DNA of 32,000 nucleotides from Mycoplasma mycoides subsp. capri (GTDB lineage Bacteria; Bacillota_I; Bacilli_A; Mycoplasmatales; Mycoplasmataceae): NCBI RefSeq assembly GCF_018389705.1, contig NZ_CP065581.1, positions 540,001 to 572,000 of the forward strand, read 5' to 3'. Shown piece by piece: positions 1 to 9,731 of this stretch (position 1 is its first letter; each line of letters starts with the position of its first letter). The notes under the pieces were generated by a model. It saw only the letters and a program-made list of their open reading frames with translations, ran no database searches and was not told where the DNA came from. The position numbers and the translations under genes were made by a program.

Positions 1-228
1 TACTAATTTTTGTTTTGAAATTTTTCATAAAGCAATTGAAGTAAACTCATTTTGCATATCATTAATGATTTTGTCATGTTCAATTACTTTTTGAGCATCA
101 ATTAATTTGTTTTCTTCTTTAATTACAAGATAACTATTTGCATATTGAATTTTAGTTTCTTCTATCATATTTTCAATAAGTGATCTTAATTGGTCAAGAT
201 CGCGATCTAATATTTTATTACTTGACAT
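1..228 (-). CDS. phoU: Phosphate uptake regulator PhoU (5' part; 3' end lies beyond the left window edge)
   Basis: ATG at 226-228. Track ORF 25..228 ends at a TGA (25-27), and the frame stays open to position 1. The N-terminus MSSNKILDRDLDQLRSLIENM... is PhoU-like. The gene lies 8 nt downstream of pstB, as in pst-phoU operons. Confidence 0.75.
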
Positions 229-236
229 ATTATTTC

Positions 237-1046
237 CTATTCATATCTACCTGATATATAATTTTCAGTTCTTCTATCTTTTGGGTTTGTAAAGATTTTT
301 TTAGTTTTATTAAATTCAACTAATTCACCTTTTAAAAAGTATCCTGTATAATCACTTATTCTTGTAGCTTGTTGTAAAGAGTGAGTTACCATAACAATTG
401 TATAATCTTTTTTTAGATCTAAAACTAATTCTTCTACTTTTAAAGTAGCAATAGGATCTAGTGCACTTGTTGGTTCATCCATTAATAAAATTTTTGGTTT
501 CATAGCTATTGCTCTAGCTATACATAATCTTTGTTGCTGTCCACCAGATAATCCTAAAGCTGGTGAAGTTAAAATATCTTTAACTTCATCTCATAAAGCA
601 GCTTTAACTAATGATTCTTCACAAATTTGATCTAAGATTTTTTTATCTTTAATTCCTAAAGAACGTAATCCATAAACAACATTATCATAAATAGAAATTG
701 GAAATGGATTAGGTTTTTGAAATACCATTCCAACTTCAGTTCTTAATTTTGTAATATCAATATCTTTATCAAAAATATCTTTATCAAAAATTTTAATAAC
801 TCCAGACATTTTTACTCCATCAATCAAATCATTTAATCGATTAATAGATTTTAATAATGTGGTTTTACCACAACCTGAAGGTCCTATAAATGTAGTAATT
901 GATTTTTCTTTAATTTCCATATTTATATTAAATAAAGATTGGGTTTTTCCTTTGTTATAAAAAAAGTTAAAATCTTTAATTTCAATAGCAGTTTTTAAAG
1001 GTTCTTTTTTTGGTTTTGTATTAGTTATTAATTGTTCATTATTCAT
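237..1046 (-). CDS. pstB: Phosphate ABC transporter ATP-binding protein PstB (269 aa)
   Basis: Track ORFs 237..503 and 591..1046 share a frame and are joined across an in-frame TGA. Walker A is GPSGCGKTT. The ABC signature/Walker B region spans the junction ([33 protein letters not shown]). The start overlaps the pstA stop by 8 nt. Confidence 0.95.
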
Positions 1047-3129
1047 AATTGTTATCTCTTTTTTTAAGTTTTTTATATTCTTTTTTATATTTAATAGTTT
1101 TTTTAATTTCTTTAAATAAATTAGTGATGTTAAGATATTTTTTTAAACTTTTAATAAACTGCTTTAAACTGTTTTTAAATAAATTAAGTTGTGTTTTATA
1201 AAATTGTTTATTGATAAAGTTTTTATAAATTTGTTTAAATTCAAATTTTACTTTTTTATTAGTTTTAACTAGTAATAATGAAAGTTTAGAACTTGATAAA
1301 TTTAAAGTTAAAACAAAAATAATTGTAATTAATGACATTAATCAAGCAATATCATTACCTTGACCAGGAGCTGATTCACTAGCTATTTTATAAATTCCTG
1401 TAGTTAAAGTTGATCCTGAAGATAAAAATCCTCTATCTGGATATTTAATAGCTGTACCTAAAGTTAAATAAATAGGAGCTGATTCACCAATAATTCTAGC
1501 CATAGCTAAAATAGTTCCAGTAATAATTGCTTGTAAGGCATTTGGTAAAACTATTTTAAATAAAGTTTTAGTTTTACTTAACCCTAAAGCAATAGCGGCT
1601 TCTCTATATGAAAGTGGAACTGAAGTTAAAGCATCTTCAAAATTTTTAATCAACATTGGTAAAACAACAATTGTCATTGTAATTGATGCTGAAAAAATTG
1701 AAAAAGGTAATTTTAAATAAATAATAAATACAGATAATCCAAAAATTCCAAAAATAATTGATGGAGTTGAAGCTGCTAGATTTAATAAAAATCTAAAAAA
1801 CTTAGCAAAATAAGAATTTTTATTAGCAAACTCACTAAGATAAATAGCACAAGCTAAAGCTAAAGGTATAGCAAATAATAACGTACATAATATTAATAAT
1901 AATGTAGTTAGAATGGCTGCAAATATTCCATCTTCACCTTCAATAGTTAAAAATGCTTCACTATATTTTAAACTTGATAGCCCATTAAATATAGTTGTAA
2001 ATACTATTCAAAAAGTAAACATAATTACAAAACTAATTGATAGTCACATTAAAACTAACATAATAGTTGAATAAATCTTTTTAAATAATTTGTTTTCAGC
2101 TCTATTAGTAATAATTTGATTTAGTGTTTGTTTTTGATAAAGTTTAATATGCTTTATTTTATGAGTTTTTTTATTTTTAAATAAAACTAAATGAATTTTT
2201 TTTGAAATTGAATTTTTATTTGAAACAAATAAAATCAAAAGATTAATAATAAATACTAAAATAAATAAAAACATTCCAATAGCATATAATGCAGATTCAT
2301 GTAAACTACTACTATTTTCTAACATTTCTAATCCAATAGTTGAAGATAATGTTCTAATTGATGAAAATAAAAATCCAGAAACTCCATTGTTTGTATCAAA
2401 TCAAGCAGTTGAATTACCAGCAATCATCATTATAGCCATAGTTTCACCAATTACTCTAGCCATTCCTAAAATAACAGCTGAAATAATTTTTGGTGTTGCT
2501 GATTTTCTAATAATATTAAATGTTGTTTTTTCTTTTGAAATTCCTAAAGCAAGTGAAGCATCTCTATAAATAAAAGGAACAGATTTAATAGCATCATAAC
2601 TTAAACTAATCATAATTGGTATTGCCATAAAAGCCATAGTTAAAGAAGCTACCATTAAATTATCATTACTTGAAGCTCCCATTAGTTTAAATAAAGCCCC
2701 AATTTGTTCTCTTGCAAACAACCCAAAAACAACACTAGGAATACCAGCTAGTAATTTAATAATTGTTATTGTAACTTTTTGAGATTTTAATGTTAAATAT
2801 TCTGAAATAAAAAAACTTGTAAAAATTGTTAAAGGTACAGCAATTAACATTGAAATAAAAATTAAAATCAATGTCATTAATGTTATAGTTAGTATTCCAA
2901 ATTCTTTAGAATCTGGACTTCAATTTTTACCAAATACAAATTCAAAAAAAGATTGTTTATTAAATAAAACATTAGTTTTAATCATTACAAAACCTAATAA
3001 AATAACTAATGCTAGTAAAACAAAAATAGTTAATGTAATAATAATAGATTTTAAACAAACAAAACTAGTTTCTTTTTTTTGTTTTATCATTCGAAACTGA
3101 ACATTATTTGTTATTTTTTTAAATAACAT
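1039..3129 (-). CDS. pstA: Fused phosphate ABC transporter permease (PstC-like N-half plus PstA-like C-half), 696 aa, with a Lys-rich linker and C-terminal tail
   Basis: Five track ORFs (2920..3129, 2401..2877, 2044..2325, 1342..1677, 1039..1338) all have a lower bound of 1 mod 3. I checked the 1338/1342 junction directly; it is a single TGA codon. The N-half has the PstC-type motif [12 protein letters not shown]...AIPIM...SLALG. The C-half has the PstA-type motif [30 protein letters not shown]...ARIIGESAP. Confidence 0.85.
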
Positions 3130-3179
3130 ATATTAACCTACTTTTTTCTAATAATACTATTCATATTAATTTTTTATTA

Positions 3180-4310
3180 CTAATTAGATATTTTTCTAAT
3201 TAAACCTAAATGATCATATATTTTTTTAACCTTTTGATCATTTGAATAACTAAATCAATAAACAAAATCTAAAATATCATCATTTAATTTTTGATTATCT
3301 GTAAATTTATATAAAGCAACAAAAGGTCTACTTAATGGATAAGTTAACAGATTGTCACTTCTTTTATTTAAATTTCATTCTTGATTATTTTGTTTAATAA
3401 TTACTGATCTTAAATTAGGATATTTTTTTAAATCTTGAGCATATTGCATAGAAACAAACCCAAATGAACCATCAGAAGCATCTAGTTGTGTAAAAATAGC
3501 TCCATTTGAATTATATTCATTAACTGCCTGACCAATTTTTTTATTATTGTCTTTTAGTCCTGAGATTTGTTCAAATGAACTTCTAGTTCCAGATCCACTA
3601 TTTGTTGAATATGGTCTGACTTTAATTAAACTACTAATATTATTTTCATCTTTATTAGTTAGTAGTTTATAAAATTCTTTTCAACTAATTAAATCAGATT
3701 GTTTATTATTTGTATAAATTTTATGTAATGCTTTTTGAGAATCACTACTAATTTTATTATTTAAAACATTGAACTTAATTTGATCAATTTGTTGATTTGT
3801 TAAACCTGTATTTTTAATATTATAAACAAACACAATTGAATCTTTTACAAAATCAATGTAATGGTATTTATCTTTAAGAGTTTTTAAATGATTAAAAACT
3901 TGTTTTTTTGATAATTCATCATTAATTTTTTTAAACTCAGTTAGATCATCATATAAATTATTTCTAATTTCTTTTGGAATTGAAAGATCATTTTGAGATT
4001 TTGAAACAAATCCAATACTATAAGTTTGATTAATTACATTTCTAGCACCAGCTCCAGAACCAGTTGAAGAATAATTAAACTTCTTATTAGTTTGTTTTTG
4101 ATATTCTTTAATTAATTTTTGTAGTACTAAATCAGCACTAGCACTACCACCAATATTAATTAAATTAGATTTAATTGAAACAAAAGTTCATATTCAGATT
4201 GAAACAATAAAAAGCACACAAAGATTTAAAAATAATAAAGACTTTTTATTTGTAAAAAAATGCTTAAATTGCTTTTTGGTTTTATTGTCTGATTTTTTAA
4301 TTTTTTGCAT
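3180..4310 (-). CDS. pstS: Phosphate-binding protein PstS (376 aa), N-terminally membrane anchored
   Basis: Absent from the ORF track because of several TGA codons. ATG is at 4308-4310, preceded by AGGAG (reverse complement of 4316-4320). My translation is MQKIKKSDNKTKKQFKHFFTNKKSLLFLNLCVLFIVSIWIWTFVSIKSNLINIGGSASADLVLQKLIKEYQKQTNKKFNYSSTGSGAGARN..., which contains the PstS-type SGAG motif. I located the in-frame TAG at 3180-3182 by codon walking at the 3' end only; the interior was not walked. It heads the pst operon. Confidence 0.8.
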
Positions 4311-4401
4311 TAAAAACTCCTAATAATAAAGATTAACTATTTTAGTAATTATAACAAATTGAACTATTATTAATATTTAGTTAATTTTACAAGTTTAATT
4401 A

Positions 4402-4842
4402 TCAATCTTTAAGATTTCTTTTTGCAATTTTATATCTAAATTTTATATATTTAATTTGCCTTTTTTTATTTTTATAATTTAATTTGGCCAATTTAAAAAT
4501 TTGTTTTAGTTGTTCTTTTTCTAAATTATTTTTTGATCTTAAAGCTTTTTTATACTTTTTATGATGTTTTTCAAGTTCAATTTTTGCTACGGTTTTTTTA
4601 GCATAAGCTAGTTTTAATTCAGTTCTAATTTTTTCAACTAGTTCAGATTGAGTTAGTACTTGATCAAAGTTATAAGTTTTTATTAAACGATCTTTTTCAT
4701 TAAAAATTTCTAGAATAGCTTTTTGTTTTTTTGCCATTCTAATAGCTAGATTGACTGCTTTACTATAATTTAAAAAAGAGCCATTTTCATCTTTTTTAAC
4801 AGCAAGTTTTTTATCACTAACTTTTTTTATGCTTCAGTTCAT
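4402..4842 (-). CDS. Small, highly basic hypothetical protein (146 aa)
   Basis: Track ORF 4402..4737 extends in frame through a TGA to the ATG at 4840-4842 (MNWSIKKVSDKKLAVKKDENGSFLNYSKAVNLAIRMAKKQKAILEIF...). The C-terminal 90 aa are Lys/Arg-rich and predicted helical. No family was recognised with certainty. Confidence 0.6.
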
Positions 4843-4885
4843 AATAACACCAATTCATATTATTATTTTATATTAATTAATATAA

Positions 4886-4914
4886 AATAAAAAAACTTGG
4901 AATAATCCAAGTTT
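4886..4914 (-). terminator. Rho-independent terminator downstream of tRNA-Leu
   Basis: Stem AAACTTGGA / TCCAAGTTT (4893-4901 / 4906-4914) with a 4-nt loop. On the minus strand a T-run follows (the complement of the A-run around 4886-4895). Confidence 0.6.
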
Positions 4915-4924
4915 ATTAATCGAT

Positions 4925-5009
4925 TGGTGCCCTTTATCGGGGTCGAACCGATACGAATTTCTTCGTTAGATTTTGAGTCTAATGCGTCTGCCAATTCCGC
5001 CAAAAGGGC
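4925..5009 (-). tRNA. tRNA-Leu (anticodon CAA), class II with long variable arm and encoded 3' CCA
   Basis: The reverse complement folds by eye as follows. Acceptor stem: GCCCTTT/AAAGGGC. D arm: GGCG..CGC. Anticodon stem TTAGA/TCTAA with loop CT-CAA-AA. Variable arm: CGAAGAAATTCGT. T arm: ATCGG-TTCGACC-CCGAT. The 3' end is ACCA. Confidence 0.9.
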
Positions 5010-5023
5010 TTAATAATAAATTT

Positions 5024-5053
5024 ATTATATAAAAAAAATATGACAAATGTCAT
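5024..5053 (-). promoter_or_regulatory. Putative sigma-70 promoter for tRNA-Leu (-35 ATGACA, 18-nt spacer, -10 TATAAT)
   Basis: On the minus strand, TATAAT lies at 5029-5024, about 14 nt upstream of the mature tRNA 5' end. ATGACA lies at 5053-5048, inside the rpmB terminator hairpin. AT-rich sequence produces many chance matches. Confidence 0.3.
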
Positions 5054-5054
5054 A
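5031..5054 (-). terminator. Rho-independent terminator of rpmB
   Basis: Inverted repeat TATGACA / TGTCATA (5039-5045 / 5048-5054). On the minus strand it is followed by eight T (the complement of the A-run 5031-5038). It lies 19 nt after the rpmB stop. Confidence 0.55.
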
Positions 5055-5072
5055 CTATTATTATTTTACTTA

Positions 5073-5270
5073 TTAAACGATTTTTTCTTGTTTTTTTAGA
5101 GTTCTTAATGTTCTAGCAGATACTTTGATATTAAATACACTACCATTTTCATCCATTACTCTAACCTTTTGTAGATTTAAGTTTCATTTTCTTTTAGTTG
5201 CATTTAATGCGTGTGATCTTGATTGACCTGATAAAGCACTTTTACCAGTTAATGCATCTCTTCTTGCCAT
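5073..5270 (-). CDS. rpmB: 50S ribosomal protein L28 (65 aa)
   Basis: Not in the ORF track because of one internal TGA. My translation is [65 protein letters not shown]. The TGA falls at the conserved Trp of the L28 motif KR.W..NLQKVR. Confidence 0.93.
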
Positions 5271-5401
5271 AAACTTCACCTCTTAATTCTAAAAATTAAC
5301 CATACTATTAAATAGTACTATATTTATTTTAAAATTCAATAAATTATCTATTTATAAAATAATATTTGCTAATTTTGTTAACAAATAATTATATTTTTTT
5401 A

Positions 5402-5410
5402 TGTTAAAAT
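5402..5410 (+). promoter_or_regulatory. Putative extended -10 promoter (TGTTAAAAT) for the asp23-fakA operon
   Basis: A TGnTAAAAT motif lies in the divergent rpmB/asp23 intergenic region, 19-28 nt upstream of the candidate start codons. No good -35 element was found. Confidence 0.3.
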
Positions 5411-5428
5411 AATTAAGATGAAAGATAG

Positions 5429-5749
5429 GTGTTTTTTGTGAGTACAATTGATGAATTTGTTGTTCAAACAATAAGAGAAGCCGTTATTACAGTACCTGGT
5501 GTAGTAGGGCTTGCTAACTTTTCAGCAAACAATAAAAAAGACCTGTCTACAAACGACATTCACAAAGCTATTGAATTTGTAATAGATAAAAATATACAGC
5601 ACTTTAAAATTCATGTTATTTTACTTTATGGAGTTAATATTTTAGATATTTTAAAAGAAATTCAGATTCGCATTAAATATGAATTAGAAAAGAATTTTAA
5701 AAATAATATTGAACATAAAGTTGATGTAATTGTTGAAGATTTAATCTAA
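5429..5749 (+). CDS. Asp23/Gls24-family (alkaline shock protein-like, YloU-type) protein
   Basis: Track ORF with a GTG start at 5429; GTG at 5438 is an alternative. The sequence STIDEFVVQTIREAVITVPGVVGLANF is typical of the Asp23/DUF322 family. Its position divergent from rpmB and upstream of the DAK2-domain gene matches Bacillota yloU-yloV. Confidence 0.8.
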   Translation: MFFVSTIDEFVVQTIREAVITVPGVVGLANFSANNKKDLSTNDIHKAIEFVIDKNIQHFKIHVILLYGVNILDILKEIQIRIKYELEKNFKNNIEHKVDVIVEDLI

Positions 5750-5773
5750 AAAAATAAGAAAGATCTGAGTAAA

Positions 5774-7417
5774 ATGAAAAAATTAGAATTATTAAAAAAC
5801 ATGATCACAAGTGGAGTTAATAATCTATACAATCATTATCCACAAATAGATAAATTAAATGTCTTTCCAGTTCCTGATGGAGATACTGGAACTAATATGA
5901 ATCTTACTGCTACAAATGGTTATAATGAAGTCATTGATGTTGAATATGAAAGCATTGGCAAATTCTTATCAGCTTTTTCTAGAGGACTAATAATGGGAGC
6001 TAGAGGTAATTCTGGAGTTATTTTTAGTCAAATTATTAAAGGTTTATCACTTGGAATGAATAATGCTAAAGAATTATCTGTAAGTGAATGAAAATCTGGA
6101 TTTAGTAAAGCTAGTGAAATTGCTTATAAAGCTGTTATGAAACCAGTTGAAGGAACAATTTTAACAGTTATCAGAGAAACTAGTGAAAAAGTTAGCCAAC
6201 TTGCTGATGATACTGATATTAAAGATTTTTGAAAACAAGTAGTTAAAAACGCTAATCAATCTTTAGAAAATACACCAAACTTATTACCATTATTAAAAGA
6301 AGTTGGGGTTGTTGATTCTGGTGGTTATGGATTAGTTAAGTTTTTAGAAGGTATTGAATACTACGTTTTAAATGATCAAATTGTTAACAAACTAGATAAA
6401 TTAGAAGTTAATAACGGTGGAAATATTGATATGCAAATTGAAGAAGAATTTGGATATTGTACTGAAGCTATTGTTATGTTAAATGATGATTGAATTAATA
6501 AATTACAAAACTCAGTCATTAGAGATCAATTACAAATTTTTGGAAATACTTCTATAGTTGTAGTTGTTGATAATGATATTTTAAAAGTACATACTCACTC
6601 GCTTTCACCAGGTCAAGTTTTACAATTTTTACAACAATATGGAGATTTTCAAACTCTAAAAATTGAAAACATGAACTTACAAGCTAATAAGCAAGTAAAA
6701 AATAAAGATCAAAAATGAAAAGAAAACTCAGATATTAAAACTGAAAGAAAACTTATTAATGAAACTGCAATTATTTCAGTAGTTTCTAGTGAAAAACAAA
6801 AACGTTATTTTGAAGATGAATTAGGAATTGCTTTTGCAATTAATGCAGGAGCAAAAATGAATCCTTCAACTGAAGACTTTTTACAAGCAATAGAAACAGT
6901 TGATGCTAAAACAGTATTTTTACTACCAAATAGTAGTAATGTTTATTTAACTGCAAAACAAGCTGAAAAAATAGAAAATAAATCAAAAATTTATGTAATT
7001 CAAACTAAAACTATTCAACAAGGAATGGTTGCTGCTTTAAGTTTTGATCCTTCATTAACAGCTTCAAAAAATTACTCATATCTATCTAAATCATTTAGAA
7101 ATGTAGTTTCATTTAATATTACTAAAGCTGAAAAAAATACAACTTATAATGGAATTGAAATTCAAAAAGATAATTTATTAGCAATTGTTGATAATAATAT
7201 TATTGGAGCTGAACAAACATTAGAAGCAATTTTTGATAAACAGCTATCAAAATATATTAAAAGTAAAACTGAAATTATTACAATTTTTGTTGGTGGAGAA
7301 ACTAATGAACAAGATTTAGTTCAACTAAGAAAATTCTTAGATGAAGGTTATGATGTTGAATATGAAATTGTTGATGGTGGTCAAGAAACTTATAATTTAT
7401 TAATAGCAATAGAATAA
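5774..7417 (+). CDS. fakA: DAK2-domain protein, YloV/FakA-like (fatty acid kinase ATP-binding subunit), 547 aa
   Basis: Track ORFs 5774..6091 and 6857..7417 share a frame. I translated the gap and it is open, containing only TGA codons. The motifs [11 protein letters not shown] and ARGNSGVI are DAK2-type. The overall length and the C-terminal domain fit YloV/FakA. Confidence 0.85.
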
Positions 7418-7436
7418 TCCCTTATAGGGATTTTTT
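7416..7436 (+). terminator. Hairpin plus T-run between fakA and plsX (terminator or attenuator)
   Basis: AATCCCT-TAT-AGGGATT followed by TTTTT. It overlaps the fakA stop codon and lies 14 nt before the plsX ATG. Confidence 0.5.
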
Positions 7437-7449
7437 AAAAGGAGTAATT

Positions 7450-8454
7450 ATGTATAAAATAGCTTTTGATGTAATGGGTTCTGATTTAGGAAGTTTAACA
7501 GCTATAAAAGCAGCTAGTGAATTTATAAAAGAACATGATGATTTATATTTAGTTTTAGTTGGAGATGAAACTGAAATTAATCAAGCTTTACAACAAACTC
7601 CAATAGATAAAACAAAATATGAAATTTTTCCAACAACTCAAGTAATTGATATGAATGGATCAATTTTAGATATTAGAAGAAAAAAAGATGCATCTATTAT
7701 TAGAACTTTAGAACTTGTAAGAGATCAAAAAGTTGATGGAATGTTAACAGGTGGAAATTCAGCTGCTTTTATAGGTGCTGCACATTTTATTTTAGGTGAA
7801 CTAAATAACATCGTTCGTGCTGGATTTATGCCAACAATGCCTAATGCTAAAAATAAATTAACTTTACTATTAGATGTTGGTGCAAATAGTGAAAATACAC
7901 CTGAAGATCTAGTAAATTATGCAAAAATGGCAAATATTTATTATAAAGAAGTATTAAAAAATCCAAATGCTTCTATTGGGTTATTAAATATTGGAACTGA
8001 AAAATCAAAAGGTCTAGAATTACAAAAACAAACTTTTAAACAATTAGAAGAATTAAAAAATATTAATTTTATTGGAAATGTTGAATCTAGAGATGTATTA
8101 ACTGGTAATGTTGATATTATTGTAACTGATGGTTATAGCGGAAATATTTGTTTAAAGGCTTGTGAAGGTGCTGCTAAAGTTTTATTAACTGAAATTAAAA
8201 AAGAGATTACTTCATCATTTATTAAAAAACTAGCTAGTTTAGTTTTAAAAAAATCATTTAAAAATGTTGCTGCTAAATTTGATTATAGAAATCACGCTGG
8301 AGCTATTTTATTAGGTGTTAAAGGAATTTGTTTTAAATCTCATGGTTCAAGTGATGTTAGATCATTTAAAGCAACATTAAGAATGACACTTGATGCAATC
8401 AAAAATGACATTGTTAAAAAAATAGAAAAAGGATTAATAGAAAATGAATATTAA
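7450..8454 (+). CDS. plsX: Phosphate acyltransferase PlsX (334 aa)
   Basis: Intact track ORF with RBS AAGGAG at 7440-7445. The sequence [11 protein letters not shown]...GNSAAF...[16 protein letters not shown]...[13 protein letters not shown] is typical of PlsX. Confidence 0.95.
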
Positions 8455-9142
8455 AAACTTTTTTGAAAAATATAACATAAAGATTAATAATGAAAAACTC
8501 TTTAATGAAGCTTTAACTCATAATTCTTATGCTAATGAACATAAATTAAAATATTCTTATCAAAGATTGGAATTTTTAGGTGATGCAATTTTACAAATGT
8601 ATGTATCAAGATTTTTATTTTTTAATTATTCTAAATTAAGTGAAGGTGAATTAACTAGACTAAGAGCAAGTACAGTAAGAGAAGAAACTTTATTTAGAGT
8701 TGCAAAAGATATTAATTTAGGTGCATTAGTAAAGTTAGGGCATGGTGAATATATTACTAAAGGTTATGAAAAACCATCAATTTTAGCTGATGTGTTTGAA
8801 GCTTTAACTGCTGCTATTTATTTAGATCAAAAAGAAGATGGATTAGTAACTTGATTAGATCAGACTTTGTTTAAATATATTAAAGATTCTAATTTTATTA
8901 ATGATACAAAAGATTTTAAATCTGAATTACAAGAATTATTACAATCAGAAAAAAGAAGTGATTTAAAATACATTATTGAAAAAGAAGATTTTTTTGCTAA
9001 TGAAAACAAAATCTTATATACAGTTAGTGTTAATTTAAATGGTCAAAAATTTGGAGTAGGTAAAGGTTTTTCAAAACAAGAAGCAGAACAAAATGCTGCT
9101 AGTGATTGTTTATCAAAACTAAAAAAACCAACAAGCAATTAA
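8444..9142 (+). CDS. rnc: Ribonuclease III (232 aa)
   Basis: Track ORFs 8444..8854 and 8867..9142 share a frame and are joined across a TGA. The RNase III signature is [11 protein letters not shown]. The C-terminal dsRBD contains [16 protein letters not shown]. It overlaps the plsX stop by 11 nt. Confidence 0.93.
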
Positions 9143-9170
9143 AAGAACATAAGTTCTTTTTTTGTTTTTT
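9141..9170 (+). terminator. Rho-independent terminator after rnc
   Basis: Stem AAAAGAAC / GTTCTTTT (9141-9148 / 9153-9160) with loop ATAA, followed by a T-run. Confidence 0.6.
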
Positions 9171-9273
9171 GTAAATGTTTTCTTATTTAAAGATAAAACA
9201 GTAAGTTTTAAAATACCATAGTAAAATAATTATACAAACATAAACAAGTAATCTATTAAAGGAAGTGATAATA

Positions 9274-9729
9274 ATGTATAAAAAATATAGTTATAAAGAT
9301 ATCTCAGATTGATTCTTAGCAAAAGAAAGTATGACTCATAAAAAATTACAAAAATTAACTTATTATGCTGAGGCTTGATCTTGAGCATTACTTAAACATG
9401 GTATTTTAAATGACACTGCCTTTCAAGCATGAATTCATGGTCCTGTTTCACCAGAATTATGAGAAGTTTATAAAAACTATGGCTGAAATGATATTCCTAA
9501 AAAAGATCTTAGAAATGATTATTTATTTGATGAAAAAACATTAGATGTATTAGATGCGGTTTGAACTACTTATGGTCAAAAATCAGGATATGAATTAGAA
9601 TGCTTATCACATTCTGAAGATCCTTGAAAAAAGGCAAGAAATGGGTTACTTGAGTTTCAACCATCTAATAATGTAATTAATTCAGAAGATATGAAAATTT
9701 ATTACACTAGCATTTATAATGGTGATTAA
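9274..9729 (+). CDS. Panacea-domain (DUF4065, SocA/GepA-like) protein, putative antitoxin (151 aa)
   Basis: Invisible in the ORF track because it contains 8 in-frame TGA codons. I translated it codon by codon: MYKKYSYKDISDWFLAKESMTHKKLQKLTYYAEAWSWALLKHGILNDTAFQAWIHGPVSPELWEVYKNYGWNDIPKKDLRNDYLFDEKTLDVLDAVWTTYGQKSGYELECLSHSEDPWKKARNGLLEFQPSNNVINSEDMKIYYTSIYNGD. The pattern KLQKL.YYA..W......L....F.AW.HGPV.PE....YK.YG......LSH.EDPW is what I recall for DUF4065/Panacea. RBS AAAGGAAG lies at 9258-9265. Confidence 0.8.
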
Positions 9730-9731
9730 GA

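Noticed and set aside
1039-1338. Track ORF 1039..1338 as an independent 99-aa Lys-rich gene
   Set aside because: It shares a frame with the PstA-like ORF ending at 1342. Only one TGA and one Leu codon separate them, with no RBS. Under table 4 it is simply the C-terminal tail of the permease. Independent initiation at the ATG at 1336-1338 cannot be formally excluded.
2387-2569. 60-aa plus-strand ORF in the track, antisense to the pst permease gene
   Set aside because: It lies entirely inside the well-supported minus-strand pstA(CA) coding region. It has no RBS and a hydrophobic low-complexity translation typical of a shadow ORF opposite a membrane-protein gene.
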